NCBI RefSeq assembly: GCF_004010195.1
Contig: NC_057718.1
Location: 59,755,622-59,819,621 of the forward strand
Source: Chiloscyllium plagiosum
Taxonomy: Eukaryota
Length of the DNA stretch: 64,000 nucleotides
Direction: 5' to 3'
The translations under genes and the position numbers were made by a program. The number at the start of each line of letters is the position of its first letter. The stretch's first letter is position 1. The notes below the pieces were generated by a model. That model ran no database searches and was not told the DNA's origin. It saw only the letters and a list, made by a program, of their open reading frames with translations. Positions 12,891-25,833 of the stretch are shown here, piece by piece.

Positions 12891-15128
12891 TCAGATAAGA
12901 ATGTTCTAAATGTTGCAACTACTCTTTTTACTGTGAGGTATTTAGATGATAAATTGAACCAGATCCATAATAAAAAGTACCTTCACAGGGCTGTCCAGAT
13001 CCTGCAAAATGAATTAGAAAGCAATTTATGAATGTTGCGGCACTGACTAAAGACTCACAGCCTGTTCTTTCAACATAGCAAACACAAAAACCAGTACAGA
13101 AGCAATAGTATTAGATTTTTGTGATGGGTAGTTTGCACCTGATCTATAGCAGAAACCTTTAGAGCAAAGACTCACCCAATGTTCATCTAATAGCAATGCA
13201 ATTTGATAAACATCCTTAGCATATGATAATCTATAAATACTGGAAAAGCTACTGCAGATGTTTATATGAATAGTGCTAGTCAGGAACAGAATGGTTGCAA
13301 GGTTTTGATAGTGATTGCTTTCATTTCTTCATTTGGACTGGCCACATTATGCATCTATTTTTTGTCAGTTTTCTTCATAATATGTTTGTGGGATGTGGAC
13401 CTAGTTGAAGTTCCTGATCAAGTGACCCACCTTTGAGAAAGTAGGGAGGCCGGATTAAACTTATTGCCCTTTTGACTTTGAACATTCTGCACATCCTGTC
13501 CCACAAGCCACTTCCTGTGACCCCCATCCCACTCTCACACATCTTTGACCAGGAGTTCCTCATTAACCCTGAGCCTCTGATAGGTACATTGCCAGCCTCT
13601 GCACCCACTTCCAGTTTTGTGATGGCAATGATCAACTGCCAGACTCTAATTGGCCTGCAGTTCTTAGCAGGAACTATTTCTGCCCCCAGGCTCCTTAATC
13701 CCAGGGAAGACCCAACAGAAGTATCTGATGAGCACTTATTTCCATTGGGCCTTGCCAGAGAAATGGTGGGAAGGTGTTCACTGCTGGTTCTCCAACCAGT
13801 GGGTGACCACCCCATTGGGCACATTAAAAATTCTGCTTTACCATCCACTATGGCATAGATTTGCAAATGAATAAATTAAATTCTGCCATAGCTCTTAGAT
13901 AATGTCTTGCAGTTTAATCAAAATATTTTGAACAGATCTAGGGACCAAAGTATTCTATTCACAGAAACTATTCCTGTGGAGACCCTCCATTTGTTAATTA
14001 TTCTTTGTCAAGTAATGAGAGTCTGGAAATTGATCTATATTCTCTATGTGTGATTGATTAGGTCTGCTATGGATTCAGACCAAAGTAAACAGACACCAAA
14101 GAAGTTACTCAAAGCTGAACTGTACGAAGAATTCCAGCCATTTTGTTTGGTTACAGAAGTATATTAAATTAATCTTTTCTGTTATTCTAGACAAGCATCC
14201 ACTTCCTACAATCGAAGAACTATCAGCATCATTCCAAAACTTGAGAGTCTTCAATGGCTTAATATGCAATACAGCTATCTTCATGTATCATTAGCAGAAT
14301 AAACCTGATGCCTCACAACTTTGTTTTACCTGAAGGTATGTTTCAGGACTGCAGAATACTTGATGGACTAGCATATCTCAAGGAATTATCCCTTCACTCT
14401 TGTCAGATATTCAGGGGATGCACAATTGACTTGATGATGTTGTTGTCCATGGAAGTGTCAAGGAGAAGACAATCAGCAGTTATCAGTGATGCTCACTTGA
14501 CTCACACAATGCAAGTTAATGACCAACAAATGCACATTTGCAGAACCCAAAATTAGCTTTCTAGATGAGAGAGTGATAGCAGCTGGATAAAGCCTATGTA
14601 GAACCACATGAAAGTAATTGGTAACTTATAGCAGATACAGGCTGCAGTGCAAGGAGTTGGGTGGTCTGTCTGTGCAGTACTGAGCTAGAGTTCAGCACTG
14701 AGTAAACAGATATTTGTGACACCATGAGCAAAGCTTAAACTCTCAAAAGGACAGGGAAAGTATTTCAAAAGTACACTAATCCAGGCTGGAAAAGTGAGAA
14801 CTTAAACAATTATTTATTAATTAGATTGAATGTCACCTCTGCAGCAAGCAGCCATCTTGTGGCACGACTACAGAAACAGAAGTAAAGGTCAACAAAAGAA
14901 ATATTAATCTGAGATTGCAGACGCAGTGATATCACGAAGCTTATAGCGAAAGAGGTAAAAATAGTCATTTGATGATACAGAGCTTTTGCTGAAAGTATAC
15001 ACATTTGCTGAAGCTTATTAACTTGCACATATCAAGACTATACCAATTTAAGAGGAAAAAAAAATCAACGTTTATACTATGAGAGAGGAGAATGCTGATT
15101 GGTTGTATGTGGACTCTGATTCACCAGG

Positions 15129-15321
15129 ACTGAAAAATGTGTTGCTGGAAAAGCGCAGCAGGTCAGGCAGCATCCTGGAGCAGGAGAATCGACGTTTTGG
15201 GCATAAGCCCTTCTTCAGGAGAGACCATTGCTCCTTGGATGCTGCCTGACCTGCTGCGCTTTTCCAGCAGCACATTTTTCAGCTCTGATCTCCAGCATCC
15301 GCAGTCCTCACTTTCTCCCAG
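15129..15321. mobile_element. Penelope-like terminal palindrome (family A)
   Basis: Inverted arms give near-identical MCCWKSAAGQAAS ORFs on both strands. Perfect 14-bp TSD tctgattcaccagg at 15115-15128 and 15322-15335. Minus-strand hammerhead-like CTGAAGA-agggcttatgccc-AAAA-CGTC (GAAA mutated). Confidence 0.9.
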
Positions 15322-15464
15322 TCTGATTCACCAGGTAAATGATCATTGAGAGTCATCTGCCAGTCTTTGTTTTCACTATTAAATTGGTATTCTTCCAAAT
15401 TGTCTTAATGAGTTTGAGACAAAAAGCTTCTAAAAGATGTGTAATTTGTCAGCAATACTACAGT

Positions 15465-15680
15465 GATAGAGTCATACAGCGCAGAAACAGACCTTTGGTT
15501 CAACTTGTCCATGCTGACCAAGTTTCCCAAACTAAACTGCATTTGCCTGCATTTGAATCAAAGCCTCTGAATCTTTCGTATTCATATACTTGTCCAAATG
15601 TCTTTCAAATGTTCTAATTGGACCTGCACCTATTCGTTTCCTTTGGCAGTTCATTCTACATACAAGCCACTGTGTGTTTT
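15465..15680 (-). mobile_element. CR1 LINE 3' end fragment
   Basis: 'aaacagacctttggttcaacttgtccatgctgacc' matches the CR1 3' end at 38480-38520. Confidence 0.75.
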
Positions 15681-15894
15681 TTTTACTTTCACAGCTGTGC
15701 AGGCATTAGGTAAGAAGTTGGATGTTATTTTTCAAACTGGTTCGTTCCAAATTTTCTCAAGTCGTCCAGAGTTTGCGTAACTCAGAATGAAAATATTGAG
15801 ATGGGAATGAGAAGACTATGGTTAGAGAGAAGTTGGTGATGGGGTAGAATTTGAAATCATTGATTGCGCTTTTGACAGACTGTAATTATAACAG

Positions 15895-16980
15895 TCAAGA
15901 CTAGAGTAGTGCTGGAAAAGCACAGCAGGTCAGGCAGCATCTGACGAGCAAGGAAATCATCATTTCTGCCAAAAGCCCTTCGTCAAGAATGAGGCAGGGA
16001 GCCTTTGGGGTGGAGAGATAAATGGGAGGAGAGTGGGGTTAGGAAAAAGGTAGCCAAGAGTGGATGGAGGTGGTGATGAAGGTGATAGGTCGGAGAGCAG
16101 GGTGGAGCGGATAGATGGGAAGGGAGATTGGCAGGTAGTACTGGTCATGAGGATGGTGCTGAGCTGGCAGGTTGGTACTGGGATAAAGTGGGGGGAGGGG
16201 AAATAAGGAAACTGGTAAAGTCCATATTGATGCTTTGGGGTTGAAGTGTTCCAAGGCAGAAGATGAGTCATTCTTCCTCAAGGCGTCGGGTGGTGAGGGA
16301 GCGGCGGTGGATGGGGCTCAGAACCTGCATGTGGGCAGAGTGGGAGGGCGAGTTGAAATGTTCAGCCACGGGGCAGTGGGATTGATTGGTGCAGGTGTCC
16401 TGGAGATGTTCCCTAAAGCGCTCTGCGAGAAGGTGTCCAGTCTCCCCAATGTAAAGGAGACCGCATCGGGAGCAACGGATACAATAAATGATGTGCAGAT
16501 GAAACTTTGATGAATGTGGAAGGCTCCTTTGGGGCCTTGGATGGAGGTGAGGGAGGAGGTGTGGGAGCAGGTTTTGTAATTCCTGCGGTGGCAGTGCAAG
16601 GTGCAGGAGGGGAGGGTGGGATGTTGGTGGGTGTGGACATGACCAGATAGTCACAGAGGGAACAGTCTTTGTGGAAAGTGGATAGAGGTGGGGAGGGAAA
16701 TATATCCCTGGTGGTGGGGTCCGTTTGTAGGTGGCGGAAATGTCGGCTGAGATGCCGGCTTATGTAGAGGTTGGTAGAGTGGAAGGTAAGGACCAGGGGG
16801 GTTCTGTCCTTGTTGCGGTTGGAGGGGTGAGGTTTTAGGGCGCAGGTGCGGGACATGGATGAGATGTGTTGGAGGGCATCTTCAACCATGTGGGAAGGGA
16901 AATTATGGTCTTTAAAGAAGGAGGCCGTCTGGTGTGTTCTGTGATGGAATTTGTCCTCCTGGGAGGAGATACGGCAGAGT
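15895..16980 (-). mobile_element. Penelope-like retroelement 3' part (RT C-terminus/linker, GIY-YIG endonuclease, terminal repeat); left arm of a large inverted insertion
   Basis: ORF 16268-16654 IIYCIRCSRCGLLYIGETGHLLAERFREH..PVAEHFNSPSHS is a GIY-YIG domain of PLE type. ORF 16413-16997 contains RTPLVLTFH..HFRHLQTDPTTRDIFPSPP. Frameshifted. Confidence 0.92.
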
Positions 16981-16984
16981 TGGA

Positions 16985-17253
16985 GATTATTGCTCATCCC
17001 TAATTGCCCTTGAGTGAACTGCTGAAATTCACGTGCTGTAGATAAACCTGCAATGCCACTTAGATTGGAATTGCAGGATTTTGATGCAATGATCCTGAAG
17101 GAACAGCGATATATTTCGAGGATGGTGAGTGGCTTGGGGGGTTGGGGTTTGCTGCTCGTGGTGTTCTATGTATCTGCTACCCTTATCCATCTGGATGGTA
17201 ATGGTCAGGGATTGCCACAGGCTGCATAAGGAGCCTTAGTGAATTCCTGTTGT
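16985..17253 (-). mobile_element. 3' fragment of a second LINE family (same family as 47990-49020)
   Basis: 'ttattgctcatccctaattgcccttgag...caggattttga...gaaggaacagcgatatattt' is similar to 48020-48200. Confidence 0.6.
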
Positions 17254-17450
17254 NNNNNNNNNNNNNNNNNNNNNNNNNNNNNNNNNNNNNNNNNNNNNNN
17301 NNNNNNNNNNNNNNNNNNNNNNNNNNNNNNNNNNNNNNNNNNNNNNNNNNNNNNNNNNNNNNNNNNNNNNNNNNNNNNNNNNNNNNNNNNNNNNNNNNNN
17401 NNNNNNNNNNNNNNNNNNNNNNNNNNNNNNNNNNNNNNNNNNNNNNNNNN
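17254..17450. other. Assembly gap (197 N)
   Basis: Run of N. Confidence 1.
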
Positions 17451-18847
17451 GTAAAGACAAGCCAGGGAACTATAGACCGGTGAGCCTGACCTTGGTGGTG
17501 GGCAAGTTGTTGGAGGGAATCCTGAGGGACAGGATGTACATGTATTTGGAAAGGCAAGGACTGATTCGGGATAGTCAACATGGCTGTGTGTGTGGGAAAT
17601 CATGTGTCACAAAGTTGATTGAGTTTTTTGAAGAAGTAACAAAAAAGATTGATGAGGGCAGAGCATTAGATGTGACCTATATGGACTTCAGTAAGGCATT
17701 TGACAAGGTTCCCCATGGGAGACTGATTAGCAAGGTTAGATCTCATGGAATACAGGGAGAACTAGCCATTTAGATACAGAACTAGCTCAAAGGTAGAAGA
17801 CAGAGGATGATGGTGGAGGGTTGTTTTTCAAACTGGAGTGCCACAAGGATCAGTGCTGGGCCCTCTACGTTTTGTCATTTACATAAATGATTTGGATGTG
17901 AGCATAAGAGGTACAGTTAGTAAGTTTGCAGATGACACCAAAATTGGAGGTGTAGTGGACAATGAAGAGGGTTACCTCAGATTACAATAGGATCTTGACC
18001 AGATGAGCCAATGGGCTGAGAAGTGGCAGATGGAGTTTAATTCAGATAAATGTGAGGTGCTGCATTTTGGGAAAGCAAATCTTAGCAGGACTTATACACT
18101 TAATGGTAAGGTCCTAGGGAGTGTTGCTGAACAAAGAGACCTTGGAGTGCAGGTTCATTGACCAATAAAGGAAAGCATACCAAACGCCTTCTTCACTATC
18201 CTATCTACCTGCAACTCCACTTTCAAGGAGCTGTGAACCTGTTGAGTACAGGAGTTGGGAGGTCATGTTGTGGCTGTACAGGACATTGGTTAGGCCATTG
18301 TTGGAATACTGCATGCAATTCTGGTCTCCTTCCTATCGGAAAGATGTTGTGAAACTTGAAAGGGTTTAGAAAAGATTTACAAGGATGTTGCCAGGGTTGG
18401 AGGATTTGAGCTACAGGGAGAGGCTGAACAGGCTGCGGCTGTTTTCCCTGGAGCGTCGGAGGATGAGGGGTGATCTTATAGAGGTTTACAAAATTATGAG
18501 GGGCATGGATAGGATAAATAGACAAAGTCTTTTCTCTGGGGTCAGGGAGTCCTGAACTAGAGGGCATCGGTTAGGGTGAGAGGGGAAAAATATAAAAAAG
18601 ACCTAAGGGGCAACCTTTTCACGCAGAGGGTGGTACATGTATGGAATGAGCTGCCAGAGGAAGTGGTGGAGGCTGGTACAATTGCAACATTTAAGAGGCA
18701 TTTGGATAGGTATATGAATAGGAAGGGTTTGGAGGGATATGGCCGGGTGCTGGCAGGTGGGACTAGATTGGGTTGGGATGTCTGGTCGGCATGGACGGGT
18801 TGGACCGAAGGGTCTGTTTCCATGCTGTACATCTCTATGACTCTATG
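17451..18847 (+). mobile_element. Relatively young CR1/HER1-type LINE, RT domain to 3' tail, with an internal 83-bp inversion
   Basis: [45 protein letters not shown]; 3' tail ctctatgactctatg; several stops. Confidence 0.95.
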
Positions 18848-18849
18848 GC

Positions 18850-19967
18850 TCTATCTGCTCCCAGGAGGACCCACCCCAGAACACACCAGATGGTCTCCTT
18901 CTTTAAAGGCCGTAATTTCCCTTCCCATGTGGTTGAAGATGCCCTCCAACACATCTCATCCATGTCCCACATCTCCACCCTCAAACCTCACCTCTCTAAC
19001 TGCAACAAAGACAGAACCATCCCTCCGTCCTGACCCTCCATCCCATCAATCTCAGCATAAACCACATCATCCGTTGCCATTTCCACCACCAACAAACAGA
19101 CCCCACCACCAGGAATATATTTCCCTCCCCACCCCTATCCGCTTTCCGCAAAGACTGTTCCCTCCGTGACTACCTTGTCAGGTCCATGCCCCCGAACAAC
19201 ACACCTTCCCCTACCACCGCAGGAATTGCAAAATCTATGCCCACACCTCCCTTCTCACCTCCAACCAAGGCCCCAAAGGAGCCTTCCACATCCATTAAAA
19301 TTTTACCTGCATTTCCACAAATGTCATTTATTGTATCCGTTGCTCCCGGTGCAGTCTCATTTACGTTGGGGAGACTGGATGCCTTCTTGCAGAATGGTTT
19401 AGGGAATATCTCTGGGACACCGCACCAATCAACCCTATTGCCCTATGGCTGAACATTTTAACTCACCCTTCCACTCTGCCGAGGACATGCAGGTCCTGGG
19501 CCTCATCCACCGCCACTCCCTCACCACCCAATGCCTGGAGGAAGAACGCCTCATCTTCCGCCTCGGAACATTTCAACCCCAGGGCATCAATGTGGACTTC
19601 ACCAGTTTCCTCATTTCCCCTCCCCCCACCTTACCCCAGTTCCAACCTGCCAGCTCAGCACCATCCTCATGACTTGTCCTACCTGCCAATCTTCCTTCCC
19701 CCCCATCCGCTACTCCCTGCTCTCTGACCTATCACCTTCATTCCCACCTCCATCCACCTATTGCACTTTTAGCTAACTTCTCCCGAGCCCCATGCCCCTC
19801 CCATTTATCTCTCCACGCCGGAGACTCCCAGCCTCATTCCTGATGAAGGGCTTTTGCCCAAAACATTGATTTTCCTGCTCCTCAGATGCTGCCTGACCTG
19901 CTGTGCTTTTTCAGTACCACTCTAATCTTGATTCTGATCTCCAGCATCTGCAGTCCTCACTTTCGCC
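18850..19967 (+). mobile_element. Penelope-like retroelement 3' part (GIY-YIG and terminal repeat with tail); right arm of the large inverted insertion
   Basis: NVIYCIRCSRCSLIYVGETG at about 19320-19380 and MAEHFNSPFHS..EEERLIFRLGTFQPQGINVDF (ORF 19445-19672). Hammerhead-like CTGATGA-agggcttttgccc-AAAA at 19840-19863. Confidence 0.92.
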
Positions 19968-21109
19968 CTGTGATTACAACAGCAACTGGGCCTCTGAGAA
20001 CAGGTGATTAAGCTACACTCCTCAACAGATAATAAAGAGGTCTTGCAGAAATCAAAATTGAAAGAGTACAGAGTTCCTGTCGGGCAGAAGGAGATTACGT
20101 GGATTTAGAGGTATGATACCATGATGGAACTGAAAGCAAGGAAGAAAGTTTTAACATTGCATTAATACTTCAGAAGTGCTACACAACAGATGTGGTTTTA
20201 GAAATTGTGGGCACAATTCAATATTTTTGTATTCTTGAGGATCAAAAATTAGGAATAACCACAGGGAAAGAGTTCCCAATTGTTTCAGCTTCAAAAAACA
20301 AATGTGAATGTAAGAGTGTTTACAGTTGTATTACAAGTAGCAACAGGAGAAGCCTACCCAAAATGAGAAAGTGTAACATAAGCACGAGGAAAAATGAATT
20401 TAAGAAATCTTATTATTCAGCAGCTGCCAAGCAACGCATTGTAGCTCTATTAGAACTATGAAAATCATCAATCATTATATGTCATTGATAAGAATATTAT
20501 GAAGTTGGTCATTGGGTCAGTCAGCCATTATAACAAACTTTCTGTCATTCCATTTAGTACTTATATTCTAATTCTACCTATTACATAGGTGAGTTTTTAG
20601 CTTCTAAGTTTCTTGGTCTTTACTAAGAAAAATACTTAATTTTTTTCAACTTGCACATTTTAGTTTTGAGGTGAAATTTTATAGAGAGATTGCTTTTTTC
20701 ATGTTATTAACTCTGCCTGTATGGTATCAGCCATCAGATTTATTTCAACTGAAATACCTCAGTTTCAGAGCACTTCCAGTTTTCAAAGCTTTAAAATTGG
20801 CATCAAATTGTATAGATTCTTCTAGATGCCTGGAATAACATGATGACTGTCTTCCATATTTCACCATTGTTTAAATTCTCAAACCTGCTTAAGTAGTTCA
20901 TTTGCTAAGGTGCTAAACTGGTTAGAAAAATGTTGAACCCTGAATTCTTTGGGCAGAGAGACAAAGTTGAGTTCTGTATGGAACCCAAGATCCAATTTCT
21001 GATCAGAGAAGGACTTGAGTGAGCATTAGAAGGGAACATAACACAACAACCACCCGAGTGATCCATACTAGACCATTGCAGGCTACCTTGGGTGAAATGT
21101 CTTTCGGAA

Positions 21110-21432
21110 GCAGTAATGTAGTAGTAATATCACTAGACTAGTAATCCAGAAACTTGGGCAAATGTGTTGGGACATGGGTTTGGATCCCACTGTGGCAGTT
21201 GGTGAAATTTTAAATCAGTTAAGAATCTGAAATAAAAATACAGCCTAATGGCAACCATGTAGCCACTATTGATTGTTTTTTTAAAAAATGCATTTGGTTC
21301 ATTAGTGTCCTTTTAATGAAGGAAATCTGCCATCCTTACACCAACATGTGACTGTGGGTGCCTTTGAAATGTCCTCTTGGCAATAAATGCTGACCCAGTC
21401 AGTTATAGTCACATCCAATGTATGAAAATAAA
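21110..21432 (+). mobile_element. tRNA-derived SINE with a LINE-derived 3' end
   Basis: 'gtagtagtaatatcactagactagtaatccaga..gggtttggatccc' head, 'gaaggaaatctgccatcctta' body and 'ggcaataaatgctgacccag..cacatcc' tail. Homologous to 23941-24292. Confidence 0.7.
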
Positions 21433-21629
21433 GTCATCGTTCCCATAATCTAATTGAAGCCAGTGACTCTTACTTCCTAATGCTGATTCCTATACTATGT
21501 CCAGTGTATTTGGGAGGATCTCTCCCAGGATTAATTATCTAATGTTAACTACACTGCTGACCTAAATTTGCCAGGTTTTCTCCAATGAAAGTGTGGATCC
21601 TTTTCTGGGCAGCTCTTGGTGTTGTGCTT

Positions 21630-23530
21630 GAGTTGGAAGAATGAAGAGTGTAAGGGTACGAGGGCATAAATGGGACATGAGGTAGATAAAGGATAAACCA
21701 AAGAGATTCTACAAGTAACTTAAGAGCAAAAGAACAACTAGGGAGAGAATACGGCCCCTTAAAGATCAACAAGGTTGTCTGTGTGTGGAAACACAGGAGA
21801 TGGGAAGAACATTAATAAAATATTTTCGATCAGTATTTACTGTGGAGAAAGACATCAAGGTTAGGGAACTCTGGGAAATAAATATTGATGTCTTAAAAAC
21901 TGTCCACATTGTAGAAGAAGAGTTGTTGGAGATCTTAAAACACATAAAGATAGATAAATCTCCAGGACCTGATCAGGTATATCCCAAAGCATTGTGGGAA
22001 GCTAGGGAAGAAATTGTGGGACATCGAGCAGAGATATTTGTATCATCTACGGTCACAGGTGAGGTACAGGAGGACTGGAGGGTAGCCAGTGTTGTGTCGT
22101 TGTTTAAGAAAGGCAGTGAGGCGAAGCCTGGAATCTATAGACCGGTGAGTCTGACATCGGTGGTAGGTAAATGTTGGAGGGGATTCTGAGGAATAGGATT
22201 TACATGCATTTGGAGAAGCAAGGACTGATTAGGGATAGTCAACATGTTTTTATTTTGCATGGGAAATCATGTCTCACAAACTTGATTGAGTTTTTTGAGG
22301 ATGTGACTAAGAAAATAGATGAGGGTGGTGGACATTGACTACATGAATTTTATTGAAACCTTTGACAAGGTTCCACATGATAGACTGGTTAGTGAAGTAA
22401 GATCACATGGGATTCAAGGCAAGCTTGCCAATTGGATACAAAATTGGCTTGATTGTAGGAGACACAGAGTGGTAATGGAAGGTTTTTTTTCAGACTGGAG
22501 ACCTATGGCCAACAGTGTTCCAAAGGATCAGTGCTGGGTTCAATGTTGTTTGTCATTTATAGAAACAATTTAGATGAGAATCTAGGAAGCATGGTTAGTA
22601 AGTTTGCGGATGACACCATAATTAGTGGTCTAGTCGACAATGATGAAGGTTAAGTAAGATTACGAAAGGATCTTGATCAGTTGGGCCAATGGGTTGAGGA
22701 GGGGCATTGGAGATGTTGCATTTTGGTAAGATGAACAAGGGCAGGACTTATACAGTTAATGGTAGGGCTCTGGGGAGTGTTGTTGTACAGAGAGACCTCG
22801 GGGTTCAGGTACACAGTTCTTTGGAAATTGCCTCACAGTTAGACTGAGTGGTAAAGATCTAGATTAGAGTGGTGCTGGAAAAGCACAGCAGGTCAGGCAG
22901 CATCCGAGGAGCAGGAAAATCAACATTTTGGGCAAAAGCCCTTAATCGGGAATACCTGGTAAAGGGCTTTTGCCCGAAATGTCGATTTTCCTGCTCCTCG
23001 GATGCTGCCTGACCTGCTGTGCTTTTCCAACACCACTCTAATCTAGACTCTAGTTTCCAGCATTGGCAGTCCTTGTTTTTACCTGAGTGGTAAAGATGAC
23101 ATTAGGCATGCTTACTTTCAATGTTCAGACCATTGAGTGCAGGAATTGGGATGTATTGTTACAGATGTACAAGACATTGCTGAGGCCACTTTTGGAGTAC
23201 TGTGTACAGTTCTGTTTGCTCTGCTATGGGGATGATGTTATTCAATTGGAGAGGGTGCAGAAAAGATTTACCTGGAAGTTACGGGACTGGAGGGTTTGAA
23301 TTATAAAGAGAGGCTGGATAGGTTGGGACCTTTTTGACTGGAGCATAGGAAGTTGAGAGGTGACCTTATAGAGATTTATAAGTTCATGAGGGGCATAGAT
23401 AAGGTAAGTAGCTAAGGTTGTTTTCTCTAAGGTAGGGGAGTTCAAAACTAGAGAATGTATTTTTAAGGTGAGAGGAGAAAGATTTAAAAGGGACTTGACA
23501 GGCATTTTTTTTTCACACAGGGAAAATGAT
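21630..23530 (+). mobile_element. CR1-type LINE ORF2 remnant, interrupted by a PLE palindrome at 22859-23082
   Basis: ORFs 21785-22189 (KSPGPD..YRPVSLTSVVGK), 22319-22573 (FDKVPH) and 23087-23299 (RPLLEYCVQF); KFADDT near 22600. Confidence 0.93.
22859..23082. mobile_element. Penelope-like terminal palindrome (family A variant)
   Basis: Inverted arms of about 90 bp. The right arm has an extra about 35-nt tail. Perfect 15-bp TSD ctgagtggtaaagat at 22844-22858 and 23083-23097. Confidence 0.92.
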
Positions 23531-23940
23531 GGCATTGGTCAGATGAAAGACCTAAGTAGACTTTGTCTAACAGAGAGAAAATTTAGAAGACTTTATTCAG
23601 ACTACAGTTAAACCCAGATATCCTTCATGAGAGCTGTGATAAAGAAAGATTTATTTAAACTATGAAGAGTGTGAATCATTAAGTAAAGCTGTGATTAAAA
23701 CATAAGTCTCTAAATAAATCTGGAAACAGTGGGATTCATACAATAAATCTGCAAAATGTGGGAATACTCCAGTTTACCTGTAAAGAGTGAGAACCCGCTA
23801 CGTTAGCCATGGGAAAGTGCACGTTTTAACTGCCAGATAGGGGAAAACCCTCCCGTAAAGTGGCAAAGAGCAGCAGAACAGCTGTTACTGCAATTTAGAA
23901 AATACTGTAAGTATTCAAAATATCTAATCACCTTGATTTC

Positions 23941-24292
23941 AGGTGGAAAGTGCTGGCCTAATGGTATTATCGCCATACTATTATGCCAGAAACTTGGGTA
24001 ATGTTCTAGGGACCAAGGTTTGAACTGCAACATAGTGTAATTGGAATGCAACAGAAACAAGCTGGAATTAAGACTCTATTGATGATTATGAAATCAATAT
24101 CAATTGTTAGAAAAGCACATCTGGATCATTAATATCCTTTAGAGAAGGTAGCAGTTGTCCTTAACTGGTCAGACCTACATGTGACTACAGACTCAAGGCT
24201 TTTAACTGATTGACTTTTAACTGCCCTCTGAACAATTAGGGGTGGGTAATATATATTGGCTGAGCCAGTGATGCCCACATCTCCAGGATGAT
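23941..24292 (+). mobile_element. tRNA-derived SINE (same family as 21110-21432)
   Basis: Shared body 'gtccttaactggtcagacctacatgtgact..aactgccctctgaa' and tail 'gccagtgatgcccacatc'. Confidence 0.7.
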
Positions 24293-24306
24293 TAAAAAAA
24301 TTGTCA

Positions 24307-24517
24307 GGAGAAAGTGAGGTCTGCAGATGCTGGAGATCAGAGCTAGAAATGTGTTGCTGGAAAAGCGCACAGGTCAGGCAGCATCCAGGGAACAGGAGAA
24401 TCGACGTTTCGGGCATAAGCCCGATTCCTGAAGAAGGGCTTATGCCCGAAACATCAATTCTCCTGTTCCCTGGATGCTGCCTGACCTGCTGCGCTTTTCC
24501 AGCAACACATTTCCAGC
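24307..24517. mobile_element. Young Penelope-like terminal palindrome (family A)
   Basis: Near-perfect inverted arms of about 85 bp. The left arm carries the tail. Perfect 14-bp TSD taaaaaaattgtca at 24293-24306 and 24518-24531. Confidence 0.93.
24424..24460 (+). ncRNA. Minimal hammerhead ribozyme motif (PLE type), helix I weak
   Basis: CTGAAGA (24428-24434), a-GGGC ttat GCCC, GAAA, CATC. The opposite arm preserves CGTC. Confidence 0.6.
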
Positions 24518-25409
24518 TAAAAAAATTGTCACCCTATTAGAACACAGAATTTTAACTTCTTAGAGCAAATAATATGAGATACAGAATAACTTCCAAATCA
24601 AACACTAAATCAGATGCTGAACAAGAATAACTTTTATACAACCACAAGTATAAATTATGTGCCTAATTGGGGGCATAACTGATGGTTTCATAGATCTAAA
24701 AGAAATAGCAGATAAATTTGAAGCTTAAGGAAGTTTTCAGCAATTGCTTCACCCTCAAGATTAATAAAATACCTATAAGAGCAAGACTTAATAGAAGAAT
24801 TTAACATTGAGGGGAATCCATGGTTGAATTAATTCATGATCTATACATATTAGTGCAGAAATGGCTTCATGTAAGAATTCATAAGAGACAGAATTGTTGG
24901 AGGAATTGCTAATGAGTCTTGGTCAGATTTATTATAGTTGGAAGAAGATCTGACTCCAAAAAAAAAACATTCAGATGGTGAGTGAAGCAAAAGCCTGAAA
25001 GCAACATAGATCAGTTGTAAAAGGAGAGGATCACTATTGGTACAGGAGAACAGCAGAGTCCATTTAATTCTTAAGGTGCTAAGCCACACAAATGATAGAT
25101 ATGAGAAAACCAGGACAATGAATTGGACAGACATCTAACACTTAAAGTCCCTGTTAGCGCTGTGGAGCAAAGAAACTGTACAGACAGAGACAATGCCCAG
25201 TTAGTAAAAGTGAAGTTTTTGAGTGTCACACAATATATCACTGCATAAGATGTGCACTCGTGGCACACTGTTTCAGAAAACAAGAAATCAAATAGCTACT
25301 GATACAAATAGTTTAATAAGGCAGAACCATCTACAACAGAAAACAAAGTCTAAAATGTTCCAAATGCAAATAGGTGATCCAGACCTTATGCTTTGGATAG
25401 TTCACAAAA

Positions 25410-25833
25410 TAGACTGGAAAGGCTGGGACCTTTTTCACCGGAGTGTTGGAGGTTGAGGTGACCTTAATAAAGTTTATAAAATCATGAGGGGACTAGATAA
25501 ATTGAGCGTCAAGAGTCTTTTCCCTAGGATGAGGCAGTTCAAAACTAGGGGGGCATACAATTAAGGTGAGAAGGGAAAGATTTAAAAAGGGCGTGAGGGG
25601 CATCTTTTTTACACAGAGAGAATGGTTTACGTGCACAATGAACTGCCAAAGGAAGTGATGGATGCAGGTACAGTTAGAATGTTTAAAAGACATTTAGATA
25701 AGTACATGAGTAAGAAAGGTCTGGAAGGATATTGGCCAAACACAGGCAGGTGGGACTAGTTAAGTTTGGGAATATGATTGGACTGATTGGATTGAAGGTC
25801 TGTTTCCATGCTGTTTGACTTTATGACTCTATG
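25410..25833 (+). mobile_element. 5'-truncated CR1 LINE 3' end
   Basis: Matches 18420-18847; tail gactttatgactctatga. Confidence 0.9.

Noticed and set aside
13375..13866. Overlapping 163-aa and 128-aa ORFs in a GC-richer patch (similar patches at 11915-12290 and 60560-60960)
   Set aside because: No recognisable domain. Probably non-autonomous DNA-transposon debris, but I could not define termini.
15072..15349. Paired ORFs beginning MCCWKSAAGQAAS on both strands (similar at 24129-24540 and 39338-39688)
   Set aside because: Artefact of the PLE inverted repeat, not genes.
17183..17603. ORFs with long X runs
   Set aside because: They span the N gap.
22859..23082. Hairpin as a possible pre-miRNA or DNA-transposon MITE
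   Set aside because: The arms match the terminal repeat of the GIY-YIG PLE at 19830-19967. Asymmetric ends and a 15-bp TSD do not fit a TIR transposon.
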